DNA of 64,000 nucleotides from Diadema antillarum (lineage: Eukaryota): contig NW_027272951.1 of the NCBI RefSeq assembly GCF_040938485.1, forward strand, positions 1-64,000, written 5' to 3'. The position numbers and the translations under genes are program-made. Of the stretch, positions 36,871 through 50,300 are shown piece by piece. Within the stretch, counting starts at the first letter, position 1; each line of letters starts with the position of its first letter. The notes under the pieces were generated by a model. The model was given only the letters and a program-made list of their open reading frames with translations, searched no databases and was not told the DNA's origin.

Positions 36871-37959
36871 TGTAAGTTATAAATGGTAAAAACAGGCTCA
36901 TGAGATAAAGTTTTTGTTTGAAGAGAGGACCCCCAGCAAGGAGCGCACCACTAGTTACCGGCGAAAAAAGATTTAGATAGTGACAAATGACAGCAGAAGG
37001 AAGGGATTAGGCCTACTGATTACAGATGCAACAGTATCAGTTTTTGGACTCCAGCTAAAATAAAGTAACGCTCTGTGAAAGCGGAAAGTTTTGGAACTTT
37101 TCTTCAACCCTCTACTGGAAAACGTCAATTTATATGTCAAGTTTTAACAGCGTCGAAAGATATTGTAATTTTGATCTTCTAGTCTTGCTGAGCCGAGGAA
37201 ACAGGACTTAAATTTGCACAAGCGCAGATATAAATGTACGTCACCGTCCTGCAAGTAATCTGTTTCAGAAATTAATTTGATCCTGATTTGTTTCTGTCTT
37301 CCCGATGTGATCCTACATGGTTCATTCCCAATGTGATCCCGATTTGTTCCCGAAGTGATCCTGACCTGTTCCTGAGTTGTTCCTGAATTGTCCCTGTCTT
37401 TAATGCCCCGGAGGAGCCAGAATCGCGAACCGACCCAACTGAAGTGCAACCAAGTTCAAGACTGCAGCGCATCTCGCAAATTATTCCATTTATTGTTTTT
37501 CCACGTGGACTCTCGCGTTGCATGAGAGTACACAATCCACCCCTTTTAACCCATTCCATTTATACTAATTGCCCTCTCATTCTCTATCCTGCCCTTCCCC
37601 CTATATATATTACCAGAGAAGACAATTGTAATTTCTACACATGTATAACTAGTCAATTGACACAAGTAATTTGTACGAGTGTTGAATATGAGAATTTGAA
37701 TGTGAATGTTGGATGTTTTAATATTTTGTATATATATTAAATAAAGTGACATATACCTTATAAAGCAAGTCTCCAAGTTCTTTATTTTGCTATTCATGTA
37801 ACAATCCTTTCTTTAATTTGGTGGTCTATGTAAACTTTCTAACCCCGGAGAGCGGTGATGTATTAGCGGACCCATTGCCCATCCCGGGACGAAATTTCCT
37901 CCTCTCCTTTTCTAGGGAAGGGTAATCAGCGTTGTGTTTTCTGATTCCGCCGCTTTTGA

Positions 37960-40900
37960 TAGTGAAGTACATCAAGTTAAACAGATGGTAGGGAGGTATT
38001 CTCATGCTTTCAGTCAGTCTGATACAGATTTAGGACACAGTAAGATAATTGAGCATTCCATCCCCCTGACAGACCCACCGGAGGGTACCCCCGTCACTCT
38101 ATGCTGAATTGCGCAAACACCTTGAATCGATGCACCAGGCAGGCGTTATTAGAGAGTCATTTTCGCCCTATGCAAGCCCAGTTGTTTTGGTACGAAAGAA
38201 AGACGGGTCTTTACGATTTTGCATTGATTTTCGAAAGTTGAACCAGAAAACCGTTCGTGACTCGTACGCCTTGCCCAGAATAGACGAGACCTTGCAGATG
38301 ATGCAGGGCGCCAGGTGGTTTAGTTCGCTAGATCTGAAGTCGGAGTACTGGCAGTTAGAGATTAATGAGGCAGACAAGCACAAAACCGCGTTCGTACTAT
38401 CCCTCCCCTAGGTCTCTGGGAATGCAATAGAATGCCATTCGGATTATGTAATGCCCCGAGCACCTTCCAGCGCGCGATGGAGCGAAGCCTTGGCAAGTTG
38501 AATCATTCATGCTATGTGGTCTACCTAGACGATATTACTGTATTTGGTCGGACTGTCGAAAAGCATATCGCAAATCTGGAAATGGTTATTCAGTGATTAG
38601 ACATCATGGCATCAAACTAAAGGCGACAAAGTGCAAACTTTTGCAGACAAGTATCAAATACTTAGGTCATGTTTTGTCTGTGGAGGGCATTGCGACTGAC
38701 CCGGAAAGACAGAGACAATCAGAAACTGGCCCACCCCACAAAATGTCAAAGAATTAAGGGCTTTCCTTGGATTGGCTAGTTATTACAGGAAGTTCATTCC
38801 AACTGGCCAAGATAGCCAGCCCTTTAAATGCGCTGCTCGGTGGACCTAGGAAGAGAAAGGGAAAAGGTAAACACAAGACCCCATCACCTGCTGCCCCTCC
38901 CCCATGGGTCTGGGCTAAGAAACAAAATGATGCTTTCCGGAAGATGAAAAGAAAAGCTAATGAGCCCCCCTGTCCTCCAATACGCCGACTTTTCGAAGCC
39001 CTTCATACTCCATACGGATGCGAGTACGACCGGTCTTGGGGCTTCATTATATCAACTTGACGAGGAAGGTAGGGAGCGAGTAATAGCGTATGCAAGCCGA
39101 TCTGTAAGCAGAAGTGAACAAAACTGACCCGCCCACAAATTGGAATTTTTAGCTCTGAAATGGGCTGTGACAGAAAAGTTCCTGCCCCTGTAGGTAAAAG
39201 GAAAAGGGAGGAAACTGAAGTTCAAATGTTGTTGCGGGAATGGGATAATTTGGCCATGAGGGATAAGTTGGCCATGAGGGATGGTATCCTTTACCGAAGA
39301 AGGGTTGTGAATGACAACCAAGTGTGGCAACTAGTCCTTCCTAGGAAGTATCGCCAATTAGTCCTAGAGTCCTTACATGATGAAACAGGCCATCTCGGAA
39401 TAGAGCGGACAACTGAGTTGGTCCGGGATCGATTTTATTGGCCTTTTCTGAGTCGGGACGTCAAAAATCACGTCAGCATTTGTGGACGCTGCATACGCAC
39501 GAAGGGTACTCTGAACACACATAACACTGCCCCCCGAGTTAATATCAAGTCCATCAGACCCCTGGAATTAGTATGCATGGACTATTTGACGTTGTGTTTG
39601 GGGAGTCAAAGGGAGGGTATAGTAATATTCTTGTCATTACTGACCATTTTACCCGATATGTTGTAGCTGTCCCTAAGCGCAATCAAACTGCGAGCACCAC
39701 TGCCAAAGCTTTGTTTGATAACTTTTTGGTTCGTTATGGTTTTTCGGAACGTCCGCACTCAGAACAAGGGATAGATTTTTAGTCTGATGTGATTTGACAG
39801 CTGTGACAGCTGTGCAAACTAGTGGGTACACAAAAATCTAGGACCTCCCCATACCATCCCCAGGGTAATGGAAGTTGTGAGAGGATGAATAGGACCCTGC
39901 TGAGTATGCTCGGGACACTTTCAGAAGAAAAGAAAAGCAATTGGAAATCTCATGCCCCTCTCATACATGCGTACAATTGCACAAAACACGACACTACCAG
40001 GTTTTCCCCTTTCTACCTTATGTACAGTACCTAGGCATCCCCGCCTCCCCATTGATATGTACTTAGGGCTCAATGCTGGAGATGACGACACATCACATGA
40101 TAATGAGCCAGGATATGTCGCGGGTCTGCGAGATAGACTATCATATGCTTACAAACTCGCAGCAGAGCGCAGCGATAAAGCCGGAGTTCGGAATAAGGTC
40201 ACATATGATAGGCGTGCACGTGAAAACAAAATTGAGAAAGGTGACCAAGTGCTGATTAGAAATGTAGGGGTCACAGGTAAACAGAAACTTGGCAACAAAT
40301 GGGGTAAGGTTCCTTGTGTAGTTAATGAGCAGCCGAATGCCGATATACCTGTATATAAGGTCCGCCCAGAAGTAGGCACAGGGAAAACTAATGTTTTGCA
40401 TCGTAATCTCTTATTCCCGTGTAACTTTCTATCAAGAGAGATTCGCCCCAATAATCAGTGCCCCTCCCCCAAGAGAAGGATTCCCCCGGTAAATGAGAAC
40501 AATGAAAACCAAACCTATGATCCCGTCGTTGATGACTTAGAGGAAAATGAGGTAACGGCCTGGAATATTCCAGCAGTAGGGACAGAAGAGGGTGCATCCT
40601 CGGGTGTAGACACCGTAGATTTTGAGACCCCTCAAGAAGAAGAAACACATGAGATTTCTGTTATTCCCGATACCCCTGGGATTCCCGAAGTTACCCAGGT
40701 ACCAGACTCCCCAGGGCAAGGTGTGCAAGAGACCACCTCTCTTGAAGAGGAGGATCGTCAACCCAGACGGTCGAAAAGATGTCCGCATCCCCCTAGTAGG
40801 TTGGCGTACTATCATAGCCAGGTAATTCAACCAGTTGTTGAGAATGAGACAGGTTGTCTTGCTTTGTATGGCTTAGTAAATCTGATGTTTGTGAAAATTG

Positions 40901-41106
40901 TGTTTCTAGTGTTCTCACTGACTGAGGTATTTGTAAGTGTTGGATTGGTGCTGTCAGAACTTTTGCTGTCATCGTTTCCTAGCATAGAGGAACAGTTTGT
41001 TGACATTGTACGTGCACGCAAAACACCAATTTGTTCAGGATGCAAGACGAAGAGATTGTTAGGAAAATGGAGACTCAGGAAGGTAGAAAAGAAAGCTACC
41101 ACTTGA
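37960..41106 (+). mobile_element. Degenerate Ty3/Gypsy retrotransposon pol (RT, partial RNase H, integrase)
   Basis: YASPVVLVRKKDGSLRFCIDFRKLN, SLDLK, MPFGL, YLDD (about 38522), [43 protein letters not shown]; many frameshifts and stops; no matching LTR pair found. Confidence 0.93.
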
Positions 41107-41201
41107 TTTGATGTACTCCAATGAATGCTTTTTGGACTTTTTGGACAAAGGGTGCGTGACATGACATGTCCATCATGATAAACTGACCAATGGAGATTTA
41201 A

Positions 41202-41510
41202 CCCTAACTAGGCCGGGCCATTTAGGTAGTTGATAGAGCTGGGGGGGCTCCCAGGCCCCCCCTCCAGATCAGATCTCGGCCGCCGACCGTGCGATAGCGA
41301 TGAAAATTGCCACACACATTGCCTATGATGTAATCCAAAATACATTGAAGTTAATTTTTTTTTTTAATTTCATTTATGCTAAATTATGCTAATTTATTCA
41401 TAATGATGCATGAAATCAGACTATTTGGTATAAATCACAAAATAACGCTCAAAACAGGCACATTCTTTGTGTAAATATTCTTTTTAGTGTCCTTAGCAAA
41501 TGTAATAAAA
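41202..41510. mobile_element. Truncated relative of the 34561 TTAA element (left end only)
   Basis: TTAA|CCCTAACTAGGCCGGGC..AGATCTCGGCCG..ATGAAAATTG similar to 34561-34700. Confidence 0.7.
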
Positions 41511-41591
41511 ACTAGGTGGAAGAATTCTGTGTACCTGTACTACTCCTACCTACTCATTATTTTATCCATTTATTTTATTCTTCACATGCAG

Positions 41592-41822
41592 ATGTGGAGG
41601 GCCGTGTGTTGTGCTCCCATCTTTCAATGAGGGGGACTGTATATGCTGTCAGGAGATTGAGGAGGTAACCCAGGAGGGAGAAAGGCAGAAAGTGCAATGC
41701 ATCACACTGGCAGAGTCGTTCAACTCGGCCATCTTGGACCGTGTCTCTCTATACATAGGGTGGCTCCATTACACAGAGAAGTGGCGCCGGCAAGCAAGAT
41801 CATTTCGGGAGAGGAACAATGA
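41592..41822 (+). pseudogene. Orphan exon encoding a P2X7-intracellular-domain-like (nanor-like) Cys-rich segment
   Basis: Acceptor cttcacatgcag, donor GA|GTAAGT; CGGPCVVLPSFNEGDCICCQEI..CITLAESFNSAILDRVSLYIGWLHY fits CGxCxxMPxxxExxCCxE..CIT..F..L; neighbouring exons not found. Confidence 0.7.
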
Positions 41823-44201
41823 GTAAGTAATGCCCTGGAGGAGCCAGAATCGCGAACCGACCCAACCGAAGTGCAATGAAGTTCAAGACTGCAGCGCATC
41901 TCGCAAATTATTCCATTTAGTGTTTTTCCACGTGGACTCTCGCGTTGCATGTGAGTATTCAATCCACCTCTTTTAACCTCTCCTTAGGGAAGGGTAATCG
42001 CTGTTGTGTTTTCTGATTCCCCCGCTTCTGAGAGTGAAGTACATCAAGTTAAACAGATGGTAGGGAGGTATTCTCATGCTTTCAGTCAGTCTGACACAGA
42101 TTTAGGACACAGTAAGATAATTGAGCATTCCATCTCCCTGACAGGGAAGGGTAATCGGCGTTGTGTTAGAGATGTATAAATTTGCCCAAATGCATTATGA
42201 ACAAACAGCAATCATATGTAATAGGCGTCTAAAATGTTGTGATACACTGTAGTCTTACAGTATGATAGTAGGTGAGTACCTCTTTCAATCCTTAACTATA
42301 GTGCACATTACTCAGGCAAAAAATGTTTGCCCCCTCAGCCCTGGATGACGCATTTCAACACAGAGTGTGAAAATGACAAGCCAGGGGGAAAAAAGAAGAG
42401 TAAATGCCTTTGTAATGCCGGAGAAAAAGAAAGCAAGAGAGAGCAAAACAGTGTCTCCAGGAGAATCAGATAGAATGAAGCCTTTTACTATATGTCCATT
42501 CTTTCCTGTGTCAAAGATTATAGAGATGACTGCACAGGGGGTGGAATGAGCATCTGTCTTGGGGCTGAAGGTTTGGTTGATTTCTGCTCCTCACTTTTCC
42601 TCTTCAAGGAGAATGGTTAAGGATGTGCCATACGCAAATGTACATGGGTAATTTCAAATATATGACAGTTCAAGATATCAGGAGAAAGAAATAACCTACA
42701 GTAGGTTCCACCGGATCTCTTGACTCTTAAACAAAATTTTCTTGAAAACTCAAAATTTCCTATAAATTAGTCTCTTTGTATCCACCGGAATTGCAAGTAG
42801 AGTGCATTCCAGTTATAAATCTGAGATTGCAATAAAGAAAATATACTTGCATGGCCTGTGCTGCACACAAAGTTCTATGAGAAGTGAGCCCTCTCTTTGG
42901 TTCCTCCAGTGCTGTGGAAATCCATTACATCTTTGAGATTAACCGATCTGAATGAACTTTTCCGGTCTCTATTGCAAAATTTCATTTTTGAGAACTATAC
43001 TTTACTTCAGAATAACTTGTCAAGGCATAGCCTCTACCTGTTATCTCTACTTATTGTCTTTTTATATTAATTCCAAAAGCACATAAATACTCTATGGGAA
43101 TCCCATGTGTTGTACAAAACTTGTATCATACAATTTAAATTTCTGCCGTCCTAGTAAAATGGTGACCAATGCCTGTCAACAGCAGTTGTATCTCAGAACA
43201 CGGATCAACGATAGAATGCCTTTGTCACATAAAAAGGGGTTACCACATAAAGGAGGCAAAAACATGGTTAACAGATCAAACAAAAACAAAAAAATACTCC
43301 ATAGGCACGGTCACATATATGCGAAACTACGCATAATTTCAATACCCAGTATTTTGCTCAGTATAGTTTAGGCAGTGTGAGTGCAAACTACTAAAGAAGT
43401 TACAAACAAAACTTCCAGCTTGCATTTGGGAAGTTTCTCACTTCTTGCGAAATTGTGCATAGTTTTGTGTAGTGTAAACACACATGGCTGAAACTTTGAG
43501 AAGTTTGTGATGCCATAATAGATCCATTCATGCTGTTTATGCACATTGTGCATTCTTTCGTACGCTGTTGCGTCTTGATGTGCATTATTTCCTGCTACAT
43601 ATTGAAAGTACAGGCAGTTTCCTACCATTGAAACTATTTTTAGTATTGTCATGTTGGAGTATGACCACATGCTCAAACTTCTAAAAGTGGTCAGGACACA
43701 ACGCAAACTACACATAGTTTCACAAAGTGTGACTGCAGATTACAAGAGCTGCACAGGGTCAGTAGAGATAATGCAGTATTCAAGGTTTGCAGCTGTGTGT
43801 ATCTGCAGTACAAATACTCCAGTTTTGCTACACCATGTAATGATGCAATCACAGTATAAGTCACTAAACATTCTGATTTCAAACACTATTTCATTTGTAA
43901 TAGTTATTTTGAATGAAGATGATTTTCATAATCACAAAAGCTGGAAGACATTGCACATAATTCTACATTAAAAATCCATATTTCGAGTTGCTAAATTATA
44001 ATGTAATGCTCATGAAAGGTTTTGCAATTCAGTATTTTTTGGTCTTTTTGTATGTTTTTCAAAAGAACCAATCGCAAAAATAACCTTTCATGAAAAATAA
44101 AGAAGTAATTTCCACCTGCTTACAAAGCACATGCCTACTGGAATGTATGATTTGTCAAACGTCTCCACACCTGCCCCTTGCATTTCTTTCGTGTGGCATC
44201 G

Positions 44202-44313
44202 TCACGACAACCCAAAGGCCTTGTCGAGGAAGGAGGCAAATTTCGACGGGTCGCCAGGGGGGAAGGGCTTCAGCTGTGACAAGTCCATGGACTCCAGGTC
44301 TGCTGCCAGTTTA
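44202..44313 (-). CDS. ALG13: ALG13 coding exon 4 with stop
   Basis: Acceptor tttgctctcctccag; [23 protein letters not shown]; TGA at 44204-44202. Confidence 0.95.
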
Positions 44314-47300
44314 CTGGAGGAGAGCAAAAAACATAGAATGTGATACCATGATTTATCAAACACATCGTGTCATTGTAAGAAACAGGTGAACAAAGTAGTC
44401 TGTAATATATTCAAATTTTATACATGTTTTGTTCACAAACGTTGCCCTTAGCAACCAAAATGCTTGCCTCGGACCTGCTGACCTAGCTACAACTCAGTGT
44501 TGTCCTGTCTAATGCCCCAGTCACATACACATGTAGACATCCCGGATCCCTGATCTGATCCGGGGAGAGATCCGTGTTGACGCCGGGAGGCGTTTTGGAG
44601 GTCAAAAACATCCAGCGTCATTCGGGGATTGCCGTGTTGGCAGAGCAATCCGGGGTGGTCCGTATGGCTGCCCTGTAGCTGCCGTGTTGATCCGGGTAGA
44701 TGCCGTGTTTGTCTGTGTAGACGCCGCGCTCTTCTGGCCTTATCCGTGCAGCTGCTGTGTTGATACCGTGTGTACAGTCATACCAAACTCCCGGATCTCC
44801 CCGGATCACCGTGTAAATCCTTGAGCATCCGTGTTTTTATGTGACTTGGGCATAAGGAACTTTCATGGGTGGGAGCAGGTGAACAAAATGCTTCGTTAAT
44901 AGGCCATAGGAAGAAACATCCATAAATATTAGCCAGTTTGGAGTTAGCTCACGGGCAAAATGGTACAAATGGCCTTTCCCTTTCCTCAGTCAAATAGGGG
45001 CACTTCACTCGTTTTCAGAGTGACATGATTATACGTTTTACATAACAATTTATGGGATTCATCCATCCTGTTCAAACAAAGAATGAACTTGCATCTAGAC
45101 CAGATGACCAAAACAATCCATCAATTAACACTTGGGAAAGCATCCATTTCATTATTTTGCATTGAACACACTAATAATCTCTTTCTATTTATATTGCTAA
45201 TTTTTTGGTAAATACCACTTTTGATGTCAGGTGGATGTGCTGGCAAACAGCATTTATAAGGATTACAGGAATGATCATAACATCACTGATGCCCATCCCT
45301 GTGAATTTAAAAACCAACATGCCTGTTGGTTACGAATTACCATTTTTATCTACTTAATGTGCAATGTGGAACTGCAAACTGGCTTATTGTAATGAATTAC
45401 AGAAAAGCTCTATTGTGAGAAGAAAAAAAGTTGTGCAATATTGGCTTACATGTATGAAGTCTCCATGGAGATGCTGACTAAGACAACAACAAACTTCATG
45501 GAATAGCAAAAAGGGACAGCTGTTAGCTAGCAACTATGCTGTGTAAACCAAAGGAGCAACCAACAGGCAGCAACGCAACAATGGTATCAAATATCAAGTG
45601 CATACGCTGAAATGGGCAATGGCTTGAGTGCAGACGCAATGTGCAATCAAGCTAATCATTATACAATGCATGTGACCATGGCCCCAATGGGAGACCATTG
45701 TAACACCTCTCTTTCAATGAGGTATAGATCTCTCCATAAGGCAGCGTTCACATAGAAGTATACGGTATTCGCTATTCGCTATTCGCTATTAGCTATGCGC
45801 TGTCAAGTCGACCCAGTACACCATCACCCGCACCATCAACTCCCTACTTCTTCCTCCTACACAATCATCCCAGCAAGAACAATTTCTAAACTGCACCAGA
45901 ATGTCAGTCTACATGCCTATTTTTGCTAAAGGGCAAATCCAGACAAAAATTTTCATGATTTCATAAACGAAAGATGGTATACGCTGCTCAAAAATCGAAC
46001 AAGCGCGATTCCCACTATACTATACTATTCGCAGCTATTCAGCATTTTCGAATAGTGCCCTCTAATGTGAACCGGTGTTAGGAAATCCTATCGTTCGATT
46101 CAAGCTATTCGTGTGCCCTCGAAAACGAGCACCGAATACCCGAATAGTATACTTCTATGTGAACGCAGCCTAAAACACATTCAGAGACTCCAACCCAAAG
46201 CACCTTCTGATCTGGAGATTCTCCCGCCTGAAACCCCTAGCAAACGGGAGACTCCAAGTTGATGTGTGCCTAAGGTTCTAGATGCTCTCTGGTGCTATCT
46301 AAGGCTTATTTTTTCAACATACAATAGCAATAAGTAAGAAATCCTTTCCAACAGGAGACACTGAGCCAGGGGGAGAGAACGGGAGATTGTGCCAAAATGT
46401 TTTTTTGGTGGGACATCTCCCGTCGAAAACGTGAGAGTTGGAGTCTCTGCACATTCCATGTATGCACTCAACCTTTGCATTGTCTCCATCACTCAGACTG
46501 TGTACATCATTGAATTCTGGGCATAGCTTTGATGTAGTACAGGGGCACCACTTTGTAACTTGGTCAGATGTTCATGTAGGGAGAATCTGCTCGAGTACAT
46601 ATTAGACGAAACTACCTGTGCTTAGGAAAACCATGAACCATGTCAAAGTAAGCTGTAGAGTACCAAAGTTCTCTCACCCCTTATTAATAAGTTTATACAA
46701 TCGAATAAAATCATAAATGCATGGACATGCTTCTGTCTAAAATAGTTTCAAAGCAGCTCTGATTATGCCACACTTTTTTTTTTTAATCAATTAAATTTTG
46801 ATTTTTTTTTTTTTTTACAACTTGCTGCATTTTACATTCAGAAATCTTGGCTTCTTGTAAAATTTGACAAATGTTCACATGCAAAAATTTCTGGTTTTGC
46901 AGTGACATTTTAGTTTGACCCTGGGAAATGCATCATGCAGTAATTTCAAGTTTTTGAAACATTGAGCAAGCGTTTTCATTCTTTGTTTCATAACTGGATG
47001 TTTGCACAATATCAGAGACTGTAGTACACACTGTAGCATGGAATAAAAAACAAAACAAAACAAAAACAAAAAACAAGAAGCCAGAGTCATAAGTTAAAGT
47101 CCCTCGCTATGTCTTTTGTTAGTCACATTAATATGACAGAAACATGCAAGTTATGCTGAGTCGAGGGGAAGGTGCATTCCAGTATCTTTTGTTAAACATT
47201 TCATCACTTAAGCAATGATTGACAGATGATGTCATCTCAAGAATATGAATATTGATTGGTTTGGAAGGATTTTTTGTGGGCGTTCCCAAGTAATCTGAAG

Positions 47301-50300
47301 AAAAATAGAAGAAAAAATCATTAAAAATATATGGAATGTTTCTAGATATTCGTTTCACCGCAAAAGTGATGTTGAGGGTATCATAAACTAGAAATGTCGC
47401 TACAGCGACTGGTTATACCCCCGCCAAACAACATTTCATGAGCTTTGGTCAAAACAACATTTCATAAGCTTTGGTCAAAAAACTGAGGAAGTAGTTAAAT
47501 CCGCAAGATCTTTCCTTGATCTTCTGCCATTAATATGCCGTTACCATGGCAACGTACTTTCGGGTACTGTCAAAAAATGCGTCTTGCACATCTACAACCA
47601 AAGGCACACATCTGTACCAAGTTTCATGGAAATTGGGCAAAAACTGAGGAAGTAGTTTGCAACACAAAATTTTCCATCATTTTGGCTCATAATATGTGAG
47701 CTGTTACCATGGCAACATACTTTTTGTCACTGTCAAGAAATGTGTCATGCTGACCTATATCCTAAGACAAACATTCAATATGAATTCCATAAGAATTGGA
47801 AGAACACTGATGAAGCAGTTTTGCCATGAAGCATTTTGCCCTATATTTTACCAATAACATGCCATTACCATGGCAACGCACTTTTTGCCACTGCGGAAAT
47901 ATGTGTCTTGCACATTAACATATTCAGATGAACATCTGTACCTAATTTCATAAAAATTGATCAAAAACTGTGGGAGGAGTTCGCGACGCAAGATTTGTAC
48001 CCATTTTTGCCCATAATATGCCGTTACCATGGCAACGTACTTTTGGGTACTGTCAAAAAATACGTCTTGCACATCTACAACCCAAGGCACACATCTGTGC
48101 CAAGTTTTATGGGAATCGGTTGAAAACTGAGGAAGTAGTTCGCGACGCAAGATTTGCAACGGACCGACCGCCCGACCGAAGACCGACCGCCCGACCGACC
48201 GTCCGCTGATTCCTATATACCCCCTTCAAATATAATCAACACAAATCAACATGCATTTGGATTTCAGGGCCCCTTTAAGCAGTGAATTTGAAGGTTCATA
48301 CAGTTTACCAGACCTGGTGCAAGCATCCACACTACCATATCTCACCTTGGTGTGGTGTAGAGGAGGTGCTGGTCTTTGTAGAGTTGATCGGCAAGCTCAA
48401 TCTGATGGTTCCCCATGAGAAGCTCGTTGATAACCACCAGGAGGGGCTTGTTGGCTTCAAGGGCTTCCAGACAGCTGCCAGCACCTGGGCAAGAAGGTTT
48501 CAATCAAACAGTCAAGGGAGAGCAGCTGCTTTTTTACTTGCACTAGCATTGCACACAGAGTAGTTCCAGGGCTGCCAACACTGGAAACTAGTTGAGAGTG
48601 AGACTCCCATAGGCCAATGCTATAATTTAGGAGTCAAAATGAGTGAGATGATCAATAGAAATGCATGCAAATGAAATAAAGTTTTAGAGTGAGAAAGGAC
48701 CAAAATGAGTGAGTCTCACTCTCAATGAGTGAGAGTTGGCAGCCCTGTAGTTCTTATATTTCTTCATCATGCTTGAATGTATCATATGCACTACACTCAC
48801 CAGGTAAACAGTATGTAATACACCAGAAGGTGGACTGTACTTCACAACAAGAAGAAGAAAATAAGGAACTGCATCTTCCAAGTTCCAGACAATGAGCCTC
48901 ATACCCTAGTACTTCACTAAGAATCAACACTCAATGATGATATTCTGGAAGTGTTGTGCTCCACATGCAGGAACCCTTCTTTCTTGTGCAGTGAACATTC
49001 ACATGCAATCTTGATGTAAGAGGCAGAAAGTGGAGCTACTGCCACCAATGACAGCTGCACTATCCCAAGCAAGGTGGTATAGTGAAGCATTTGTTGAATT
49101 CTCCCTAAAACTTGGCCTTCTGGTGGGATAATCCCCTTTGGACTTTACAAGGAGGGTCCTACAGGAAGACCATTGTGAGCCCTAGATGGATTAGGGCAAT
49201 TACATAATCCCTGATTCACTTACTTAGAGCACACTGTTGCCCATCCACAAGGTGCAGTGAGATTCTTTTGTTCCAAAGTTTGGTAACTCAGCTCTGTGTG
49301 CATACAATCCCTTGTACAGTCTGAGCTGCTGTTACGCTGTGGATGCTTGACATTGCAATGGAATCTTCAACCTTACTATCCAGCATTTCATACATTCCAT
49401 TCCCACTACTAGTGTGTCTATAGATGTTATTAACTCCATGCTATCAACTCCCTGGAATATTTGCAAGGGACATAGTAAAGTTAAGTCACATGCTCAGACT
49501 CAAATCCCCTCTCTACAGACTTGGATTGTTTTTCTGCGGTTTGTCCCACCACACTCCGCAGCCACGTATTCTGCACAAATGGTATGAAAACTACAGTGCG
49601 CTATTAGACAAATGCAGACCCTGGAAAAAAAAAAAAAATGGGTTGATCAAATGTGCATGTAAACGAGTTACAAATGAGTCATTTAAAATACTGCAGTCAC
49701 TTGTTTTACACACACACACACAAAAAAAAAAAAGAAAAACCTAGTTTGAAACAGAACAGACTATGAACTTGGACACTTTAGATTTTTCCTTAAAATAAGA
49801 ATTTTTCCCCCAACAATCATAATTTTTATTGCTTTTCTCGACTTTGATACCTGCCAGACTTCATCAGGAATATGCTGTGATAAGTGATTTTTACGTCTTC
49901 ATCGATTCTACAGGAACTTACCGGCATGACTGATGATTAAGTCTGCACCTCTGATATCTGCTGCAATTGAGTCTTTGTACCTGAATGCCTCTAAGGTGAA
50001 ATCTGGCTGATCAAATGATTTCGGTTCAAACTGCCCTCTGCCATACTGAACACACAGCCTTGTGTAGCCTAGTTTCTTCAGGACCTGTGAAGAAGAAAGA
50101 ATAAAACATGATGATATATTAAAGATAATGTTTGCATACACTGTGATGAACTGTACATACCATATTTATTCCACAGGGTTTTTCACATCTTGCATGTTGG
50201 GGTGCTATTCATGACTTTATCAAAAGGGGCATTCCAGACAATTTTCAAAATTTCACATTCTGTGGTACATAAATCAGCAGCTCCATGTATAGATTTGTGG

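Larger units (their letters stand above)
37401..42167. repeat. Direct repeats bracketing the Gypsy relic: 37401-38072 versus 41828-42144, plus a 25-bp third copy at 42143-42167
   Basis: 41828-41978 matches 37401-37551, and 41977-42144 matches 37901-38072. The second copy lacks 37551-37900. Confidence 0.9.

Noticed and set aside
37620-37830. Possible 5' LTR and primer-binding site of the Gypsy relic
   Set aside because: It does not match the sequence after the putative polypurine tract at about 41145-41197, so no LTR pair is supported.
47385-48230. Regularly spaced repeats as a CRISPR-like array
   Set aside because: Eukaryotic context; the whole units, not just the repeats, are homologous, so it is a tandem repeat within a mobile element.
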